Part shown: in pieces, positions 16,853-27,269 of the stretch
Layout: the number at the start of each line of letters is the position of its first letter
How positions within the stretch are numbered: position 1 is the stretch's first letter
Virus record (IMG/VR): IMGVR_UViG_3300032897_000001
Location: 36,795 to 100,794 of that record
Length of the DNA: 64,000 nucleotides
Source: a virus
Direction: 5' to 3' (one strand)
The notes under the pieces: generated by a model
Seen by the model: the letters and a program-made list of their open reading frames with translations, nothing else
Databases searched by the model: none
What the model was told of the DNA's origin: nothing
Made by a program: the position numbers and the translations under genes

Positions 16853-17652
16853 TGATGTGCCGCCACACGATAGCCTGCGACACCACCAGCACGCCATATG
16901 CTGATAGTAAACTTATTCGTATTTGTCGTGGTCAGCGGGTCGCCAGTACTTGCACCAACAGTAAACCCGCTAAATGTGATTGTTCCCGCAGCCGCACCGT
17001 TGGTAACCAGCAATATGCACGAACTATCGTTCGCAGGCGCGGTTATCGTAAATATGCCATTATTAGTAATTGATTGTATTGGCCGTGCTCCACAATCAAT
17101 TGTCACATTGCCTGTTGTCAAACCAAGTGTCGTGACGATTGCGCCACCCGTAACAACTTGATCTGCTGTAGACAGACTCGCAAGTGTCGCCGTTACCGTG
17201 GGAAACGTGTACACAACAGTTGTGCTTGGAAACGCGAGTGTTGTCGGTCCGGTTCCTGTGGTTGTCAGTGCACCAGCAGTTGTTAACGGACCACCAAGAG
17301 TTAGTGTGTTTGCATTCCCCAAAGTGACGTTTGTTCCTGCAACCCGCGCAAAAACACCGGCTGACGTCACCCATATATCACCATTATTCGGGGATGCTGG
17401 AGCTACTCCAGGTCCGATATTAAATCCAGCATTTGTTGCCGTAGACGGCGCGGTGATAATTTCTCCCGTAAAAACACCGCCCGCAGGTCCCACAGGGACA
17501 AAACCTGGATAATCAAGTTTTGCAGCAAAATAGCTGTTCCACTGTGCAGGTGTCGGAACCTGTCCATAGGTGAGTCCTGGGCTAGATTGTGCAAGCACAT
17601 CTGTGCTCCACAAGGCCGCGACACCACAAAAAAGCAGGATCTTTGATTTCAT
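16849..17652 (-). CDS. Putative virion/fibre protein with signal peptide
   Basis: MKSKILLFCGVAALWSTDVLAQ; Thr/Gly-rich beta content; GDIW motif. Confidence 0.7.
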   Translation of the reverse strand: MKSKILLFCGVAALWSTDVLAQSSPGLTYGQVPTPAQWNSYFAAKLDYPGFVPVGPAGGVFTGEIITAPSTATNAGFNIGPGVAPASPNNGDIWVTSAGVFARVAGTNVTLGNANTLTLGGPLTTAGALTTTGTGPTTLAFPSTTVVYTFPTVTATLASLSTADQVVTGGAIVTTLGLTTGNVTIDCGARPIQSITNNGIFTITAPANDSSCILLVTNGAAAGTITFSGFTVGASTGDPLTTTNTNKFTISIWRAGGVAGYRVAAHQ

Positions 17653-18575
17653 CAGAAGGGTGCTCCCGAAGCGTGCATTGCTGTATGGATAAGGACAGCC
17701 GCGTTTGCCATGCCGACATCATTCAAGTGGGTGTTGTCACTGACGCGGTTTGTCAAACCAAGCGTATCAAGATTCCCGCCTGCAAACACGGTTGTGTTGT
17801 TTACTGCGGCAATCTGTGCCGCTTGGACAGGCGCACTGATCGCACCATTGAACCACGTTTCAACATTGACGAAAAATCTTCCAGAAAATCCACATTGCTG
17901 TGCCTGCATAACAACACTATTGAGCGATGCAGTATAGGTTGCTTGTGGTGTCGCAAATAGATTGTCTGTCTCTCCCTGTCCCCATAGAATGGCTACAGTC
18001 ACATTTGATTGGGGAACCAATCCCCGGGCAGGAAGTCTCGCTAATGCCGCACAGATACGGTTAGACAGGATTCCTGAACCCCATTGTGCGGCAGATGATG
18101 CGCCAACCGCGATCGGAACCAAGATAACCCGATCGAATGTTCCTGCTGTGAGAAACAAATCCGCAATGCGTCCGCCAATGCTACCTGCACCGTGTCCGGG
18201 AACAGACGTTCCTGTCCATGTTGATCCGAGAGGTGGGTCCGCCATGGCATACACCGCACCATCATATATGTTCACCTGATCCACCGCATTTGCGTGTGTT
18301 GGAACATAAGATGTTGGTGCTTCTGCACCCATCAAGGATTGCCCAGCAATAATGAGGACAAGATTGCGTACCCCTGTGTTTACAGAAAGATTGCGAATCA
18401 CACGGCCATGTGTGTCGGTATAACCATGATTACATCCCCAAGCGCCGTTGCATATGAAGTACTCTGCAAGAGCCAGTTGACTGGATTGACCAGAAGGATT
18501 CAGCAAACGTGCTGATTGCGCATAGGCCATATCTGCCATCAGACACACGATGATTAACGCAAGAAACTTTTTCAC
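17652..18575 (-). CDS. SGNH carbohydrate acetylesterase (SASA/CE6-like) with signal peptide
   Basis: IIAGQS, ILWGQGETD and DNTH catalytic blocks; GTG start at 18575 (MKKFLALIIVCL..AYAQ). Confidence 0.8.
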   Translation of the reverse strand: MKKFLALIIVCLMADMAYAQSARLLNPSGQSSQLALAEYFICNGAWGCNHGYTDTHGRVIRNLSVNTGVRNLVLIIAGQSLMGAEAPTSYVPTHANAVDQVNIYDGAVYAMADPPLGSTWTGTSVPGHGAGSIGGRIADLFLTAGTFDRVILVPIAVGASSAAQWGSGILSNRICAALARLPARGLVPQSNVTVAILWGQGETDNLFATPQATYTASLNSVVMQAQQCGFSGRFFVNVETWFNGAISAPVQAAQIAAVNNTTVFAGGNLDTLGLTNRVSDNTHLNDVGMANAAVLIHTAMHASGAPF

Positions 18576-18577
18576 TA

Positions 18578-19588
18578 TCACCACCACCATGTTGCCAGAA
18601 TTCCTTCTGTGGAAGGCGCTGCCCAATTCGTTTGAAATTGAATAGATGTTGAGGTTGCAAATTGCAGGGCTTGGAGGAAATTAAAACCAATGGGTACGTT
18701 GCCACGGCATATGCCAATGCCTTGGCCGAAAACAGCACCATTATTGAATCCTACGAAACACCGTGGCCAGACGGCATTGGTGTTGTTTAATCCGAATGAA
18801 ATATAAGATCCTGTTGCGGCAAGACTGTATACGGCAGAAGATACCGTTACATCAATTGGATCATCGCCCATACCAGTAACAAAAGATATTCTATTGGTGG
18901 GAGAATTATCCAGCATCTGATATGTGTTGACAGCGGAAACAGTCCAAATTCCCGTGGAATCAAAGACACCAAACGCGCCCGGCGTCCGATTATACATATT
19001 CCATACAGAAGCTTGTACTGCTCCGCCGCCAAGGGCAATTGTACCGAATTGAAATGACACCTGTCCAGCTATTCCGGATGTGAGGAATGTTCCAAGATAT
19101 GTGCACTGATTAGCCGGGCAGGAAAAAGCAGCCACACTTGTTTGACAAGACAATGTTGCGGCATTAGTCCATATGCCCTTGAACAAGGCTAGTCCGGCAC
19201 CTGCGGACCGACTGCTAATGCCTGCACCGGAATTACCCCAGGCAGGTCCCGTGCACAAAGAGACTGTGGCGCCATTCATGCCCACAAACACGTCATAGAG
19301 CGTATTTGCAGACCAATTTGAACCAAGTGAGAGCACCAATCCGCTAGTATCGGTGTCAGATGATGTAAAAATTTTAAGCATGAACGATGTCGTGCCGTCA
19401 TAGATCGGCACAGTGTTTCCCGTGCAAGGCGCATAATAGAGCGTGGTTGCAGCAACGACATCAGCCGTCATTACACATGATCCATTCGACAAAGTAAGTC
19501 TTCCTCCAGGAAGACTCGTTTGCGCACAAGCACTCACGCACATAAGAGACAAAAACGCTATTACAGTTGTAAGCATTGTTTGCAACAT
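18578..19588 (-). CDS. Putative fibre-associated protein with signal peptide
   Basis: Hydrophobic N-terminus ending ACAQ; GRLTL..G and YLGT motifs seen in phage tail proteins. Confidence 0.7.
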   Translation of the reverse strand: MLQTMLTTVIAFLSLMCVSACAQTSLPGGRLTLSNGSCVMTADVVAATTLYYAPCTGNTVPIYDGTTSFMLKIFTSSDTDTSGLVLSLGSNWSANTLYDVFVGMNGATVSLCTGPAWGNSGAGISSRSAGAGLALFKGIWTNAATLSCQTSVAAFSCPANQCTYLGTFLTSGIAGQVSFQFGTIALGGGAVQASVWNMYNRTPGAFGVFDSTGIWTVSAVNTYQMLDNSPTNRISFVTGMGDDPIDVTVSSAVYSLAATGSYISFGLNNTNAVWPRCFVGFNNGAVFGQGIGICRGNVPIGFNFLQALQFATSTSIQFQTNWAAPSTEGILATWWW

Positions 19589-19600
19589 AGTTGTGTCCTC

Positions 19601-20797
19601 TTACACAGTCGTAATAATTCCACCGGTTACAGCCGTTGGAGTGCCGAAGTAACCTCCTGTTAATTCCAGCACAGAATTAAGTGACGCATAAAAATCACCT
19701 AAACCTGTATTACCCGATCCTAGCACACGGCCGCGAAACAAACCATAGCTGCGACCATTAGCAACCAAGCCACCTGACGAATTCCCGATTAGAACTATTG
19801 GCGCACTAAATTGGAACATGGCCGTACCGCCTCCAATAATTGTCAAACCATAAACAAATTGGCATACAGCCAGTCCATTGGCTTGTGGAGTACCTTGAGC
19901 AATCTGCAAGGATGATGTGCCGCAGAGAAACGCGAGTCCTTGGCCATCTTTTACAAAAGGTCCTGCGGATGTTCCGTCTCCTGTTATCAGGAGAGCATCA
20001 ATAACACCAACCTGGACCACATCCACTTCTATTCCGGCTCCCCCGGTAAAGTGAAGTTCTGTGGTGAACTTGCTTCGTAAATACGCCATACTGGCAGCAA
20101 CACTGCCGCTATAGGCAGAACCTGTTGTGTCTATTGGTCCAGTAAGTGCTGCACCAAGAATAGATATAAGATTGTTCTGCGGATGGTTCATATAGACCAT
20201 GCTGGAATAATTAAACACACCTGCCGCATATTGCAGGATAACACGGCCAGTATCAGCAATCGTAAAATTGGTGAGATATGCGAACGCTGCATTAAGATCT
20301 ATGAACTGGGACGCGGTCCCTCCAACCGTATATGTAACTGTTGTTGTAATCAGACCAGGAACCGGCACCCAATTTGCGCTATTGAACGTCGCATCCGGAT
20401 TGACTGTGTTGTTATCAACAGTGGATATCCATAGGTGCGCTCCGCCCTGTGGAGAGCCCGCAGTAACACCATTAGTCGCCACCAGCACCGCGCCATAAGG
20501 GTAACCTCCTATGGCAGTTGAGAATGCCGAATCGAATTGCGTCAATCCGCCCGCGCAATTGCTGTATCTCGACCACGCCGTGATCTGGTTAAACAGCCCG
20601 TTGAAGTCCCTTCCCCACGGCGGGATTCCTCCTGCACCCACGGGAATAAACGTCAAGGGTGGGAACCCATCCACCAGGGACGCTGCACCGGCTGTTATAC
20701 CGATCTGCGATGCCTGCGGAATTGCATTAGTGTTCGCCGCAACAGCATTATTTGCAAATGGTATAGGGAACTTTGTGGGCAAGGATGCTGCAAGCAT
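19601..20797 (-). CDS. Tail fibre protein
   Basis: N-terminal PIPFA...GAASL.DGFPP.T...GGIPP.GRDFNG.F...AIGGYP.GA anchor typical of Bcep781/AP22-like fibres; follows DUF2612. Confidence 0.8.
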   Translation of the reverse strand: MLAASLPTKFPIPFANNAVAANTNAIPQASQIGITAGAASLVDGFPPLTFIPVGAGGIPPWGRDFNGLFNQITAWSRYSNCAGGLTQFDSAFSTAIGGYPYGAVLVATNGVTAGSPQGGAHLWISTVDNNTVNPDATFNSANWVPVPGLITTTVTYTVGGTASQFIDLNAAFAYLTNFTIADTGRVILQYAAGVFNYSSMVYMNHPQNNLISILGAALTGPIDTTGSAYSGSVAASMAYLRSKFTTELHFTGGAGIEVDVVQVGVIDALLITGDGTSAGPFVKDGQGLAFLCGTSSLQIAQGTPQANGLAVCQFVYGLTIIGGGTAMFQFSAPIVLIGNSSGGLVANGRSYGLFRGRVLGSGNTGLGDFYASLNSVLELTGGYFGTPTAVTGGIITTV

Positions 20798-20810
20798 GCC
20801 GCTGTCTCTA

Positions 20811-21590
20811 TTAGTTAGAGTATCCGGGGAACACGACTGTTGCAGTAACTCCCGTTGGTTTCGGAAGTACGCCGGATGTCGTGATGATTGCGTATTCAAC
20901 ACGGGACAGAAGGAATCTGAATGTGTATGTCATTGTCATATTCAGTCCATCTGTGACATAACAGTTGCCACGTCCCGGGAATAGACTTCTCAAGATGGCA
21001 TTAATGCTTGGAATAGATCCGTTTGAAATATTCGACATTGCCTTTGCAATGATCAATGCACGAAATGATTGATCCGACATCGTGAAACTGAATGTCATTC
21101 CTACTGTGTTAGACGCACCCACACCGGCATAAAAACAGCCTACGCCACCAGGACCAAAATCCTCGACTGTGGCCGGTGTCTGTTCGTTGAATCCAAAGAA
21201 CTTGGCAACGATAGTCTGTGTTGCAGATTGAACCTGGATTACCCGCTGAACACCGACGATCCTCCCCCACACATCCAGGCCATAACCCTGCGCTGTGGTT
21301 ACGTTCCAGATATTATCGTACAGCATTTCCATATTCAGTGTTTGATCAATATATTGATCGAAATTTCCTATCAAAGACGTGAGAACACGCGAATTAGCGT
21401 ATTGACTGATTATTGTGCTCCAATAAGAGAAGGGGATAACATCCCCGACTTGGCTGGTGCCAACAACAAAAGTCCCGATAGTGGGTTGAAATGGTGATTG
21501 CGGTGCAGGAGGATACGGCGGACCCGATTCGATCTGCGTTGCAAAATCTACGGCGCTGAAGTCTGTTGAATTAAAATCAGGGAATGCCAT
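20811..21590 (-). CDS. Baseplate wedge protein, DUF2612 family
   Basis: SQYANS, IWNV.TA.GYGLDVWGRIVG, LPKPTGV. Confidence 0.85.
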   Translation of the reverse strand: MAFPDFNSTDFSAVDFATQIESGPPYPPAPQSPFQPTIGTFVVGTSQVGDVIPFSYWSTIISQYANSRVLTSLIGNFDQYIDQTLNMEMLYDNIWNVTTAQGYGLDVWGRIVGVQRVIQVQSATQTIVAKFFGFNEQTPATVEDFGPGGVGCFYAGVGASNTVGMTFSFTMSDQSFRALIIAKAMSNISNGSIPSINAILRSLFPGRGNCYVTDGLNMTMTYTFRFLLSRVEYAIITTSGVLPKPTGVTATVVFPGYSN

Positions 21591-21591
21591 T

Positions 21592-21621
21592 TATCAGCCT
21601 TGAGAATATCAGCCTTGAGAA
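21592..21621. repeat. 15-bp tandem duplication TATCAGCCTTGAGAA x2
   Basis: Exact copies at 21592-21606 and 21607-21621. Confidence 0.85.
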
Positions 21622-21794
21622 CGCGCCTCTATATCGCGAATAATGCGCTCAGCAGCCTCCGCACGGGCTCTTGTTTGTTGAAGTTCTGCCTGCAGTCTAT
21701 CAACGGCTGCACCAAGTTTTGCGTTTTCAACAACGATCTGACCAATTACACCAGCGAGCCTTTGTTCAGCATCAAGAATCGGCGGGTTTGTCAT
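21609..21794 (-). CDS. Small coiled-coil protein
   Basis: 61 aa heptad-rich ORF in operon orientation. Confidence 0.6.
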   Translation of the reverse strand: MTNPPILDAEQRLAGVIGQIVVENAKLGAAVDRLQAELQQTRARAEAAERIIRDIEARSQG

Positions 21795-21817
21795 GATAGT
21801 GCGCAACCTTTCTTCTA

Positions 21818-22774
21818 TCAGGCAGGCAAGTAATTAACTACTATCAAAGCTGTGCCAACATTAGATAAGGTGCCGCTTTGAGTCAGTGTCAAGAAATAAT
21901 TAGGAGAGCCTGCTGGCATAGAACTTTGTCCCGCACCCGTTATATTAATACTATGCACGCCAAGCGTCGTAATCGTTGTGGCAGAAAAATACGTCGTGTC
22001 TGTGGCCACAGTTCCCCCGGATAGCGTGACACCGCCTGTGGCGCCAAATGCTGTTGTTGTGTATGCCGTTACTTCTGTGACAGTCGCACCTGTGGGAATA
22101 GATAGTCCGTATGTTGTAGTTCCTGTAACACCAACGGTTCCATTAACACGCTGCGCTACCTCCGCTGATGCGGCATTGATATATATGCCCGTGGCAACAT
22201 TAAGCGTTCCCGCACCTTTATCGCCGCCCGTGGGAGATCCGATCTGTACGCCATTAAGCACAGTTGCACTGATTGCACCTGACGGTGCCAACAATTCGAC
22301 GGCACCGCTCCCACCCTGCCCTTGCAACTCCAGATTAACGTTTGCATCGGTGCCGATAGCCTTGACGATAGGGTCAACACCGGTGATCGCCGCAGTTATG
22401 CTGATTTGATTTGCAATGATGGCATTCGGACCGGTGAAAGTCACCAATGGACCGTACACAGACTGATTGATATTTAGACTGGAACCCGTCGTCGTGGGTA
22501 CAAGTGCGATACTGCCACTTGTCGAGCCATTGAAGGTGATCGCGCCACCAAGTCCGCCATTGACACCAAGTGATGGTGTTGGTGTCCACACGGTTGTGCT
22601 TGCAGTTGTCGCGCTCAATATGGAACCGACACTGGGTGTCGTGGTTGGCGGGATGCTCTGAAACACCGCAGCATTCATATCATGCAGAACCTGCCGCAAA
22701 ACAGAAGCTGTTATGTTTGATCCAGATGGCAACTGTGCATTTATTTCTGCATCGATACTTGCTTGCGTGCTCAT
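21818..22774 (-). CDS. Putative virion fibre/appendage protein
   Basis: 318 aa, Thr/Gly/Ser-rich, GGDKGAGTLN motif. Confidence 0.7.
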   Translation of the reverse strand: MSTQASIDAEINAQLPSGSNITASVLRQVLHDMNAAVFQSIPPTTTPSVGSILSATTASTTVWTPTPSLGVNGGLGGAITFNGSTSGSIALVPTTTGSSLNINQSVYGPLVTFTGPNAIIANQISITAAITGVDPIVKAIGTDANVNLELQGQGGSGAVELLAPSGAISATVLNGVQIGSPTGGDKGAGTLNVATGIYINAASAEVAQRVNGTVGVTGTTTYGLSIPTGATVTEVTAYTTTAFGATGGVTLSGGTVATDTTYFSATTITTLGVHSINITGAGQSSMPAGSPNYFLTLTQSGTLSNVGTALIVVNYLPA

Positions 22775-22783
22775 GTTTCCATC

Positions 22784-24841
22784 TTACACGAACGTTACAG
22801 CGATGTTGTTCGCTGAAATGGAAGGGATTTGGTTCAACTGAACCTGCACAAAGGTTTGATTTGCCGTAGCAAATCCGCATAGAACCTGTGTCGCGGCTGT
22901 TGTAGTTGTTGGCACATAAGTAGATGGTGCCGCGGCTTGCTCGAATTGTGCACCAAATATCTGAATGTTTGTCGTGCTGGATGGATCGACACCTGTACTC
23001 AATAACACATTGTTAGAAAAACCACATAAAGCCAACAATGATGAAGATGCTGTGTTCAACATGGCGGTGATAGAACACCTGTAAAATCCATTAGTTGCCG
23101 CTGTTATTACTGCATAGAAATTAGTTACAGGAGCGGTTGACCCCGTCGCTGTAGGTACCGTTGCAATTATTCCCTGAGATACATCAAATGTTGCTTCTAC
23201 AAAATTTGAATTCGCACCATCTCCAAGATGAAGTGACAAAAAATTACCATTTCCCGGCTTTGCGTACACACTGAATGTGTAAACGAGTGCGACGGGAGGT
23301 TTATTTATTGTCTGGTTTATGTTACAATTAATCGTCCCGCCTCTTTGCCACAACCACGCATCCGTTGTTCCATCAGGAGACAGACTGTAGCTGCCCGTAA
23401 GAGTAACGGTGCCCGACACTGTCCAAGATGTGTTGAATGTATTCGATTGCAAAATTTGATTTGTTGCACCAAGGCTTGTTTGTGCTGTGCTTATCGTATA
23501 TACACCAGTTCCGCCTACTGTACCGCTGATTTGGGACACAATAGTTGTTGCGGGAACTATTGTTCCTGATCCATTGGATATGGAAAGCGTCTGTCCAGCA
23601 GAAATAGTTCCCGACACAAGTGATGTCACAGTCATCACTGTGCCGTTACAGTACATATAGGCAGAAGCAGCACCAGGGTTGTTATTAGAACCAATTGTGA
23701 CACTGATAACTTGTCCCTCTGCCCATGTTCCGAGTGCAGATATGGATGGTACAAACCGCGATGCCCAAATTTTGGCACCGATTGCCGCCTGGGGACCGTC
23801 CACAACATTAAGTGCATTGGGTGCACCATTCCCCGCATTAATAATGGCCTGTTGTATCAGCGTCGTCGCTGTTGCGGGAACTTGAATGCTGTTGACAATC
23901 TGAACAGAGAACAGAAGAGGCAGGGGATTCGGAATTTGATATGTGACTGAGTATGATGGATACGGCACCATCGCACTGGTGTCTTGCACAGTGACTGTTG
24001 TGTTACCCGCGGCATAGCCACAGCCGGGCGCCTTCCGAGACCATATAGCCTTGCCAACGGCCGATGGCGTGCCTCCGGCAGCCACGACATACACCGAATT
24101 CGCTGCCAATGTGACACCGTTTTGAGTGACAGGCGCGGCTGTAGCGTTCTCCAGGACGACTGCCTGTGTCACGCCAGGGACACCCAACACGGCTCCTAGT
24201 ATTGATGGCAAAGATCCCAGTGAATTCGCTGCTGTTGAAAGTTCTCTCCGATCTTCAAATGCAGCGGTGCTCTCAACATTTTGTCCCTGTACTCCTGACA
24301 ATATGGAAACCGTGTCCCACCCAGGAATTGCCTGATAAATCGACACAGTGGATGGAATGGCGAGCAATCCCGGAATCCGCGCGGCAAATGTTATGGATGT
24401 CGATCCGGTTACCCCGATCGTTCCTGCAGCAAGGCTTTGATATTGATTGTTGCTCTGATCAACAACCAAAGACCCCACCGGAATAACGGTACCGACTGCA
24501 CCAACACATTGGAGTGCCAATGTCGTCGGTGTCGCCGGTATCCGCTCCATAAAATAGATGCGGCCAATTGCGTCTTGAAACCTTCCCTCAGCATAAGCCG
24601 GGTCCGTCTGCGTCGAATAGAATAGAAATGTCGCATTAGCGTTGGCAATGATTGCTGCCATACTTGCCGCAAGTTGTCCCTGCGGTGTCGCGTTTGTCAG
24701 AGACCCTTGTGTTGTGCTGAAATTTAAATTTCCACCGAATGCAGCATTTATGTCAGCCTGCACACCTGTAAGAATAGCAGACTCTGCCGGAACAACAAAT
24801 CCCGTTGGGCCAAATGTAGGGACAGGGACATTAGTCGTCAC
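22784..24841 (-). CDS. Baseplate J-like protein with C-terminal inserted domains
   Basis: TPQGQLA, DP..A.GR.QDAIGRIYF, ES...FE.RR; extra beta-rich domains near the C-terminus. Confidence 0.85.
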   Translation of the reverse strand: MTTNVPVPTFGPTGFVVPAESAILTGVQADINAAFGGNLNFSTTQGSLTNATPQGQLAASMAAIIANANATFLFYSTQTDPAYAEGRFQDAIGRIYFMERIPATPTTLALQCVGAVGTVIPVGSLVVDQSNNQYQSLAAGTIGVTGSTSITFAARIPGLLAIPSTVSIYQAIPGWDTVSILSGVQGQNVESTAAFEDRRELSTAANSLGSLPSILGAVLGVPGVTQAVVLENATAAPVTQNGVTLAANSVYVVAAGGTPSAVGKAIWSRKAPGCGYAAGNTTVTVQDTSAMVPYPSYSVTYQIPNPLPLLFSVQIVNSIQVPATATTLIQQAIINAGNGAPNALNVVDGPQAAIGAKIWASRFVPSISALGTWAEGQVISVTIGSNNNPGAASAYMYCNGTVMTVTSLVSGTISAGQTLSISNGSGTIVPATTIVSQISGTVGGTGVYTISTAQTSLGATNQILQSNTFNTSWTVSGTVTLTGSYSLSPDGTTDAWLWQRGGTINCNINQTINKPPVALVYTFSVYAKPGNGNFLSLHLGDGANSNFVEATFDVSQGIIATVPTATGSTAPVTNFYAVITAATNGFYRCSITAMLNTASSSLLALCGFSNNVLLSTGVDPSSTTNIQIFGAQFEQAAAPSTYVPTTTTAATQVLCGFATANQTFVQVQLNQIPSISANNIAVTFV

Positions 24842-25236
24842 GGGCTGACTACTCCATAAATAGCCGGGCTTTGCGAAGTTGTCCCGAAAGTCGCCACAGA
24901 TGTTCCTTTAGGACCGGTAATTTGAATTTGCCCGCTAACGACGCGATTAGCCGTTATGGCTGCTATATACACATTTACGCTTAAGACATCGGGAACAGTC
25001 TGTGCGGCGGCAACATAGCGTGCTTTAAGATATGCCAACGGCGGCATTTGGCCTAGAATTGCTTGAAAGTAGGGCACACCTTGTGTGGTGTCGTACCACA
25101 ATTCCCCCTGGAACAGTCGGCACGCACTAGCCGCATCCTGTGCCAATGAATAGGGTTCCGTCGCCATGGCGATATTGCCGCTGGAATCAACGACAAGATC
25201 CCAAGTGACTGTATCAAGTAAAAGAGTCGCCGCCAT
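24838..25236 (-). CDS. Baseplate wedge subunit (gp25/W-like position)
   Basis: WDLVVD..GNIA...QD.ASACRLF.GE.WYD...GVPY. Confidence 0.75.
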   Translation of the reverse strand: MAATLLLDTVTWDLVVDSSGNIAMATEPYSLAQDAASACRLFQGELWYDTTQGVPYFQAILGQMPPLAYLKARYVAAAQTVPDVLSVNVYIAAITANRVVSGQIQITGPKGTSVATFGTTSQSPAIYGVVSP

Positions 25237-25247
25237 TTATATAACTG

Positions 25248-25976
25248 TCAACTTCCGGGGTTAGGTGTACCACTAGGACCACTTCCACCGGAATTAGCAT
25301 GTGTATGCGTCTGCAGCCCGATTTGATCGCTACCACCATAACCCGCAATGACAGACCCTGTCACTTGAAGATTACCGCTAACTTTCACTGTATTGTTTGC
25401 AGGAGTGATCGTAATTCCCGAGGATGTCAGTTCAATCTTATTGTTGTTCTTGTCAACTATCGTGATTCCTTTGTCCGTTGCAGTGATGTACTGCTTCGGA
25501 GCATTGTTGAGAACACCGCCGATATAGAGCGAATCCGACATGCTGTTGCGGCGCTGTGAACCCGGCGTAACGGTTTGTGTGCTGCCTTGTTTGACCTGAT
25601 CTTTGAATGTCGAGATGTCCCGGTCTGCACAATGGATGTAACCAATATCATTGACTACAGGATCGCAGATAATGGCGAAATCCCCGCCATATACCCGTGT
25701 GTAAGGTATGTGGTAGATTGTGACGTGATCTTGCTTGACGTTTCCCCCGTCAATCTGTGACACAACTGGCTGCACATCTACAAAGCCTGCACCTGCCACA
25801 TCTCCGCGCTTTGCCGTAGTCTTTCCATCTTGAGCATAGACTTTGACCACGCGAACCGGCAGCATGGTCCGCATTTTCGCGACCATACGTTTTGCCTGAA
25901 ACAGGACGCGATTATAATCGCTGTTAGTGTCAGGAGGCAGCATATACCCTGTGCCGCTTGTGGTTCCATTGCTCAT
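25248..25976 (-). CDS. Baseplate central spike (gpV/gp138-like)
   Basis: VDVQP, DP..NDIG...CADRDIS, C-terminal HTH metal-binding tip. Confidence 0.82.
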   Translation of the reverse strand: MSNGTTSGTGYMLPPDTNSDYNRVLFQAKRMVAKMRTMLPVRVVKVYAQDGKTTAKRGDVAGAGFVDVQPVVSQIDGGNVKQDHVTIYHIPYTRVYGGDFAIICDPVVNDIGYIHCADRDISTFKDQVKQGSTQTVTPGSQRRNSMSDSLYIGGVLNNAPKQYITATDKGITIVDKNNNKIELTSSGITITPANNTVKVSGNLQVTGSVIAGYGGSDQIGLQTHTHANSGGSGPSGTPNPGS

Positions 25977-26317
25977 GTACTGACACCATAAACAGGGGGA
26001 CTTTGTCCGTATGTTGTAGGCAAATCAGCCGGCACAAGATGAAATAGCTGAAAGCGGCTGCCTAGTCCTGTATAAGTAGGATCACTGGTGCCTTGTGTAT
26101 CATAGAAAGCAAGATCCCCCGTGAATCCTAGATATATAGAACGGACAATATAGTTTGCATTCAAACACAACACACCTTGTATGATCGGTGAATTATTGAC
26201 AAATACATCACAAAACAATCCCCAAAAACTTTGATATATGTTTAGTGTACAGTTCTGCCCAGAAAGCACTATGTGCAATGTTTGAGATGGTACAGCGTTA
26301 AGAGGTACGATAAGCAC
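25973..26317 (-). CDS. Baseplate plug-like small protein
   Basis: VPL.AVPSQ.L...L.GQ...YLGF.GDL.F.D.QG..DP...GLG.RF.L. Confidence 0.75.
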   Translation of the reverse strand: MLIVPLNAVPSQTLHIVLSGQNCTLNIYQSFWGLFCDVFVNNSPIIQGVLCLNANYIVRSIYLGFTGDLAFYDTQGTSDPTYTGLGSRFQLFHLVPADLPTTYGQSPPVYGVST

Positions 26318-26321
26318 AGCT

Positions 26322-26945
26322 TCACCCGAAAGAACTGGTTGACGGGAACACGACACCGGAACTAGAACTCTGTGGTGTGACAAACCCGTTTTGTGCTGAA
26401 GACGCACTGGCTGGATTTTGAACACTTGTTGCGTTCAAGCCACCTGCAGTCTGTACCAACACTTGCGACACCCACACATCAACCACAACAAGTCCCACAC
26501 CTTGATTAGATATTCGTCTGTAGTCATAGTGCGTGATGTTGCATCCGATGTAAGTGAATTCCGGGGTTGACACGTCGTACTGATTTAGCGTCGCTGCTGC
26601 CGCAGCTACACTCGTTAAGAGATTCGTCCTGGATTGTGGAGACGCTCCCGAGGAAAAGCGTACTTTTGCGAGAAACGGTGTCAACACCTTATCATAGGAT
26701 TCAAACTGTCCCTGTTCCACCGGATAATCAGAAATCGTCCATTCAGCACGGTATTCAAATCCGATCACAGATTCGGCTGTGATCACGGGCGCGCCAGATA
26801 AAAAAATTCCCCACTGTGGCCCGAATACTGCCGAAAATTGTGATACAAGATCCTGCGTCAGAAGTGCTGGCTGGGTAAAGCCCGCAGCAAAATTGACGTT
26901 GGGAACGCCTGCAACGTTGGGTACGTTGACAGAAACTGTTGCCAT
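26322..26945 (-). CDS. Baseplate/tail tube initiator (Dit-like)
   Basis: QWGIF, ISDYPVEQG.F.SY.KV..P. Confidence 0.75.
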   Translation of the reverse strand: MATVSVNVPNVAGVPNVNFAAGFTQPALLTQDLVSQFSAVFGPQWGIFLSGAPVITAESVIGFEYRAEWTISDYPVEQGQFESYDKVLTPFLAKVRFSSGASPQSRTNLLTSVAAAAATLNQYDVSTPEFTYIGCNITHYDYRRISNQGVGLVVVDVWVSQVLVQTAGGLNATSVQNPASASSAQNGFVTPQSSSSGVVFPSTSSFG

Positions 26946-26978
26946 CAGTAGCCACACACCTGGACAGGAGTAACCACC

Positions 26979-27269
26979 ATGTTATCCATTGTATGGATCA
27001 TATTATCCGTTATCGTTGGTCGCATCGCTACAGAACGAGGCCGCGGTTATGCGGAATGGACACTGTTTGCATTGCTCGTGTCCCCCATCATTGCCCTATT
27101 GTTTCTTTCAGTAGCGCCTATTAGAGCCCCTATTCACACACAAGTCATGGAGCCCGCTTTGATGTCACCTAAGCAAGGAACCGGCATTACACAACAAGAA
27201 TTCGTTGTTGCAACAATCTGCGTCGCTACGCTGATTGTAATTATCAAACTGGTAGAAGCGTGGTTATGA
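26979..27269 (+). CDS. Small membrane protein, antisense to the tail operon (moron-like)
   Basis: AGGAG RBS; three hydrophobic segments; A..RGR...W.LF.LL.SP motif. Confidence 0.7.
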   Translation: MLSIVWIILSVIVGRIATERGRGYAEWTLFALLVSPIIALLFLSVAPIRAPIHTQVMEPALMSPKQGTGITQQEFVVATICVATLIVIIKLVEAWL

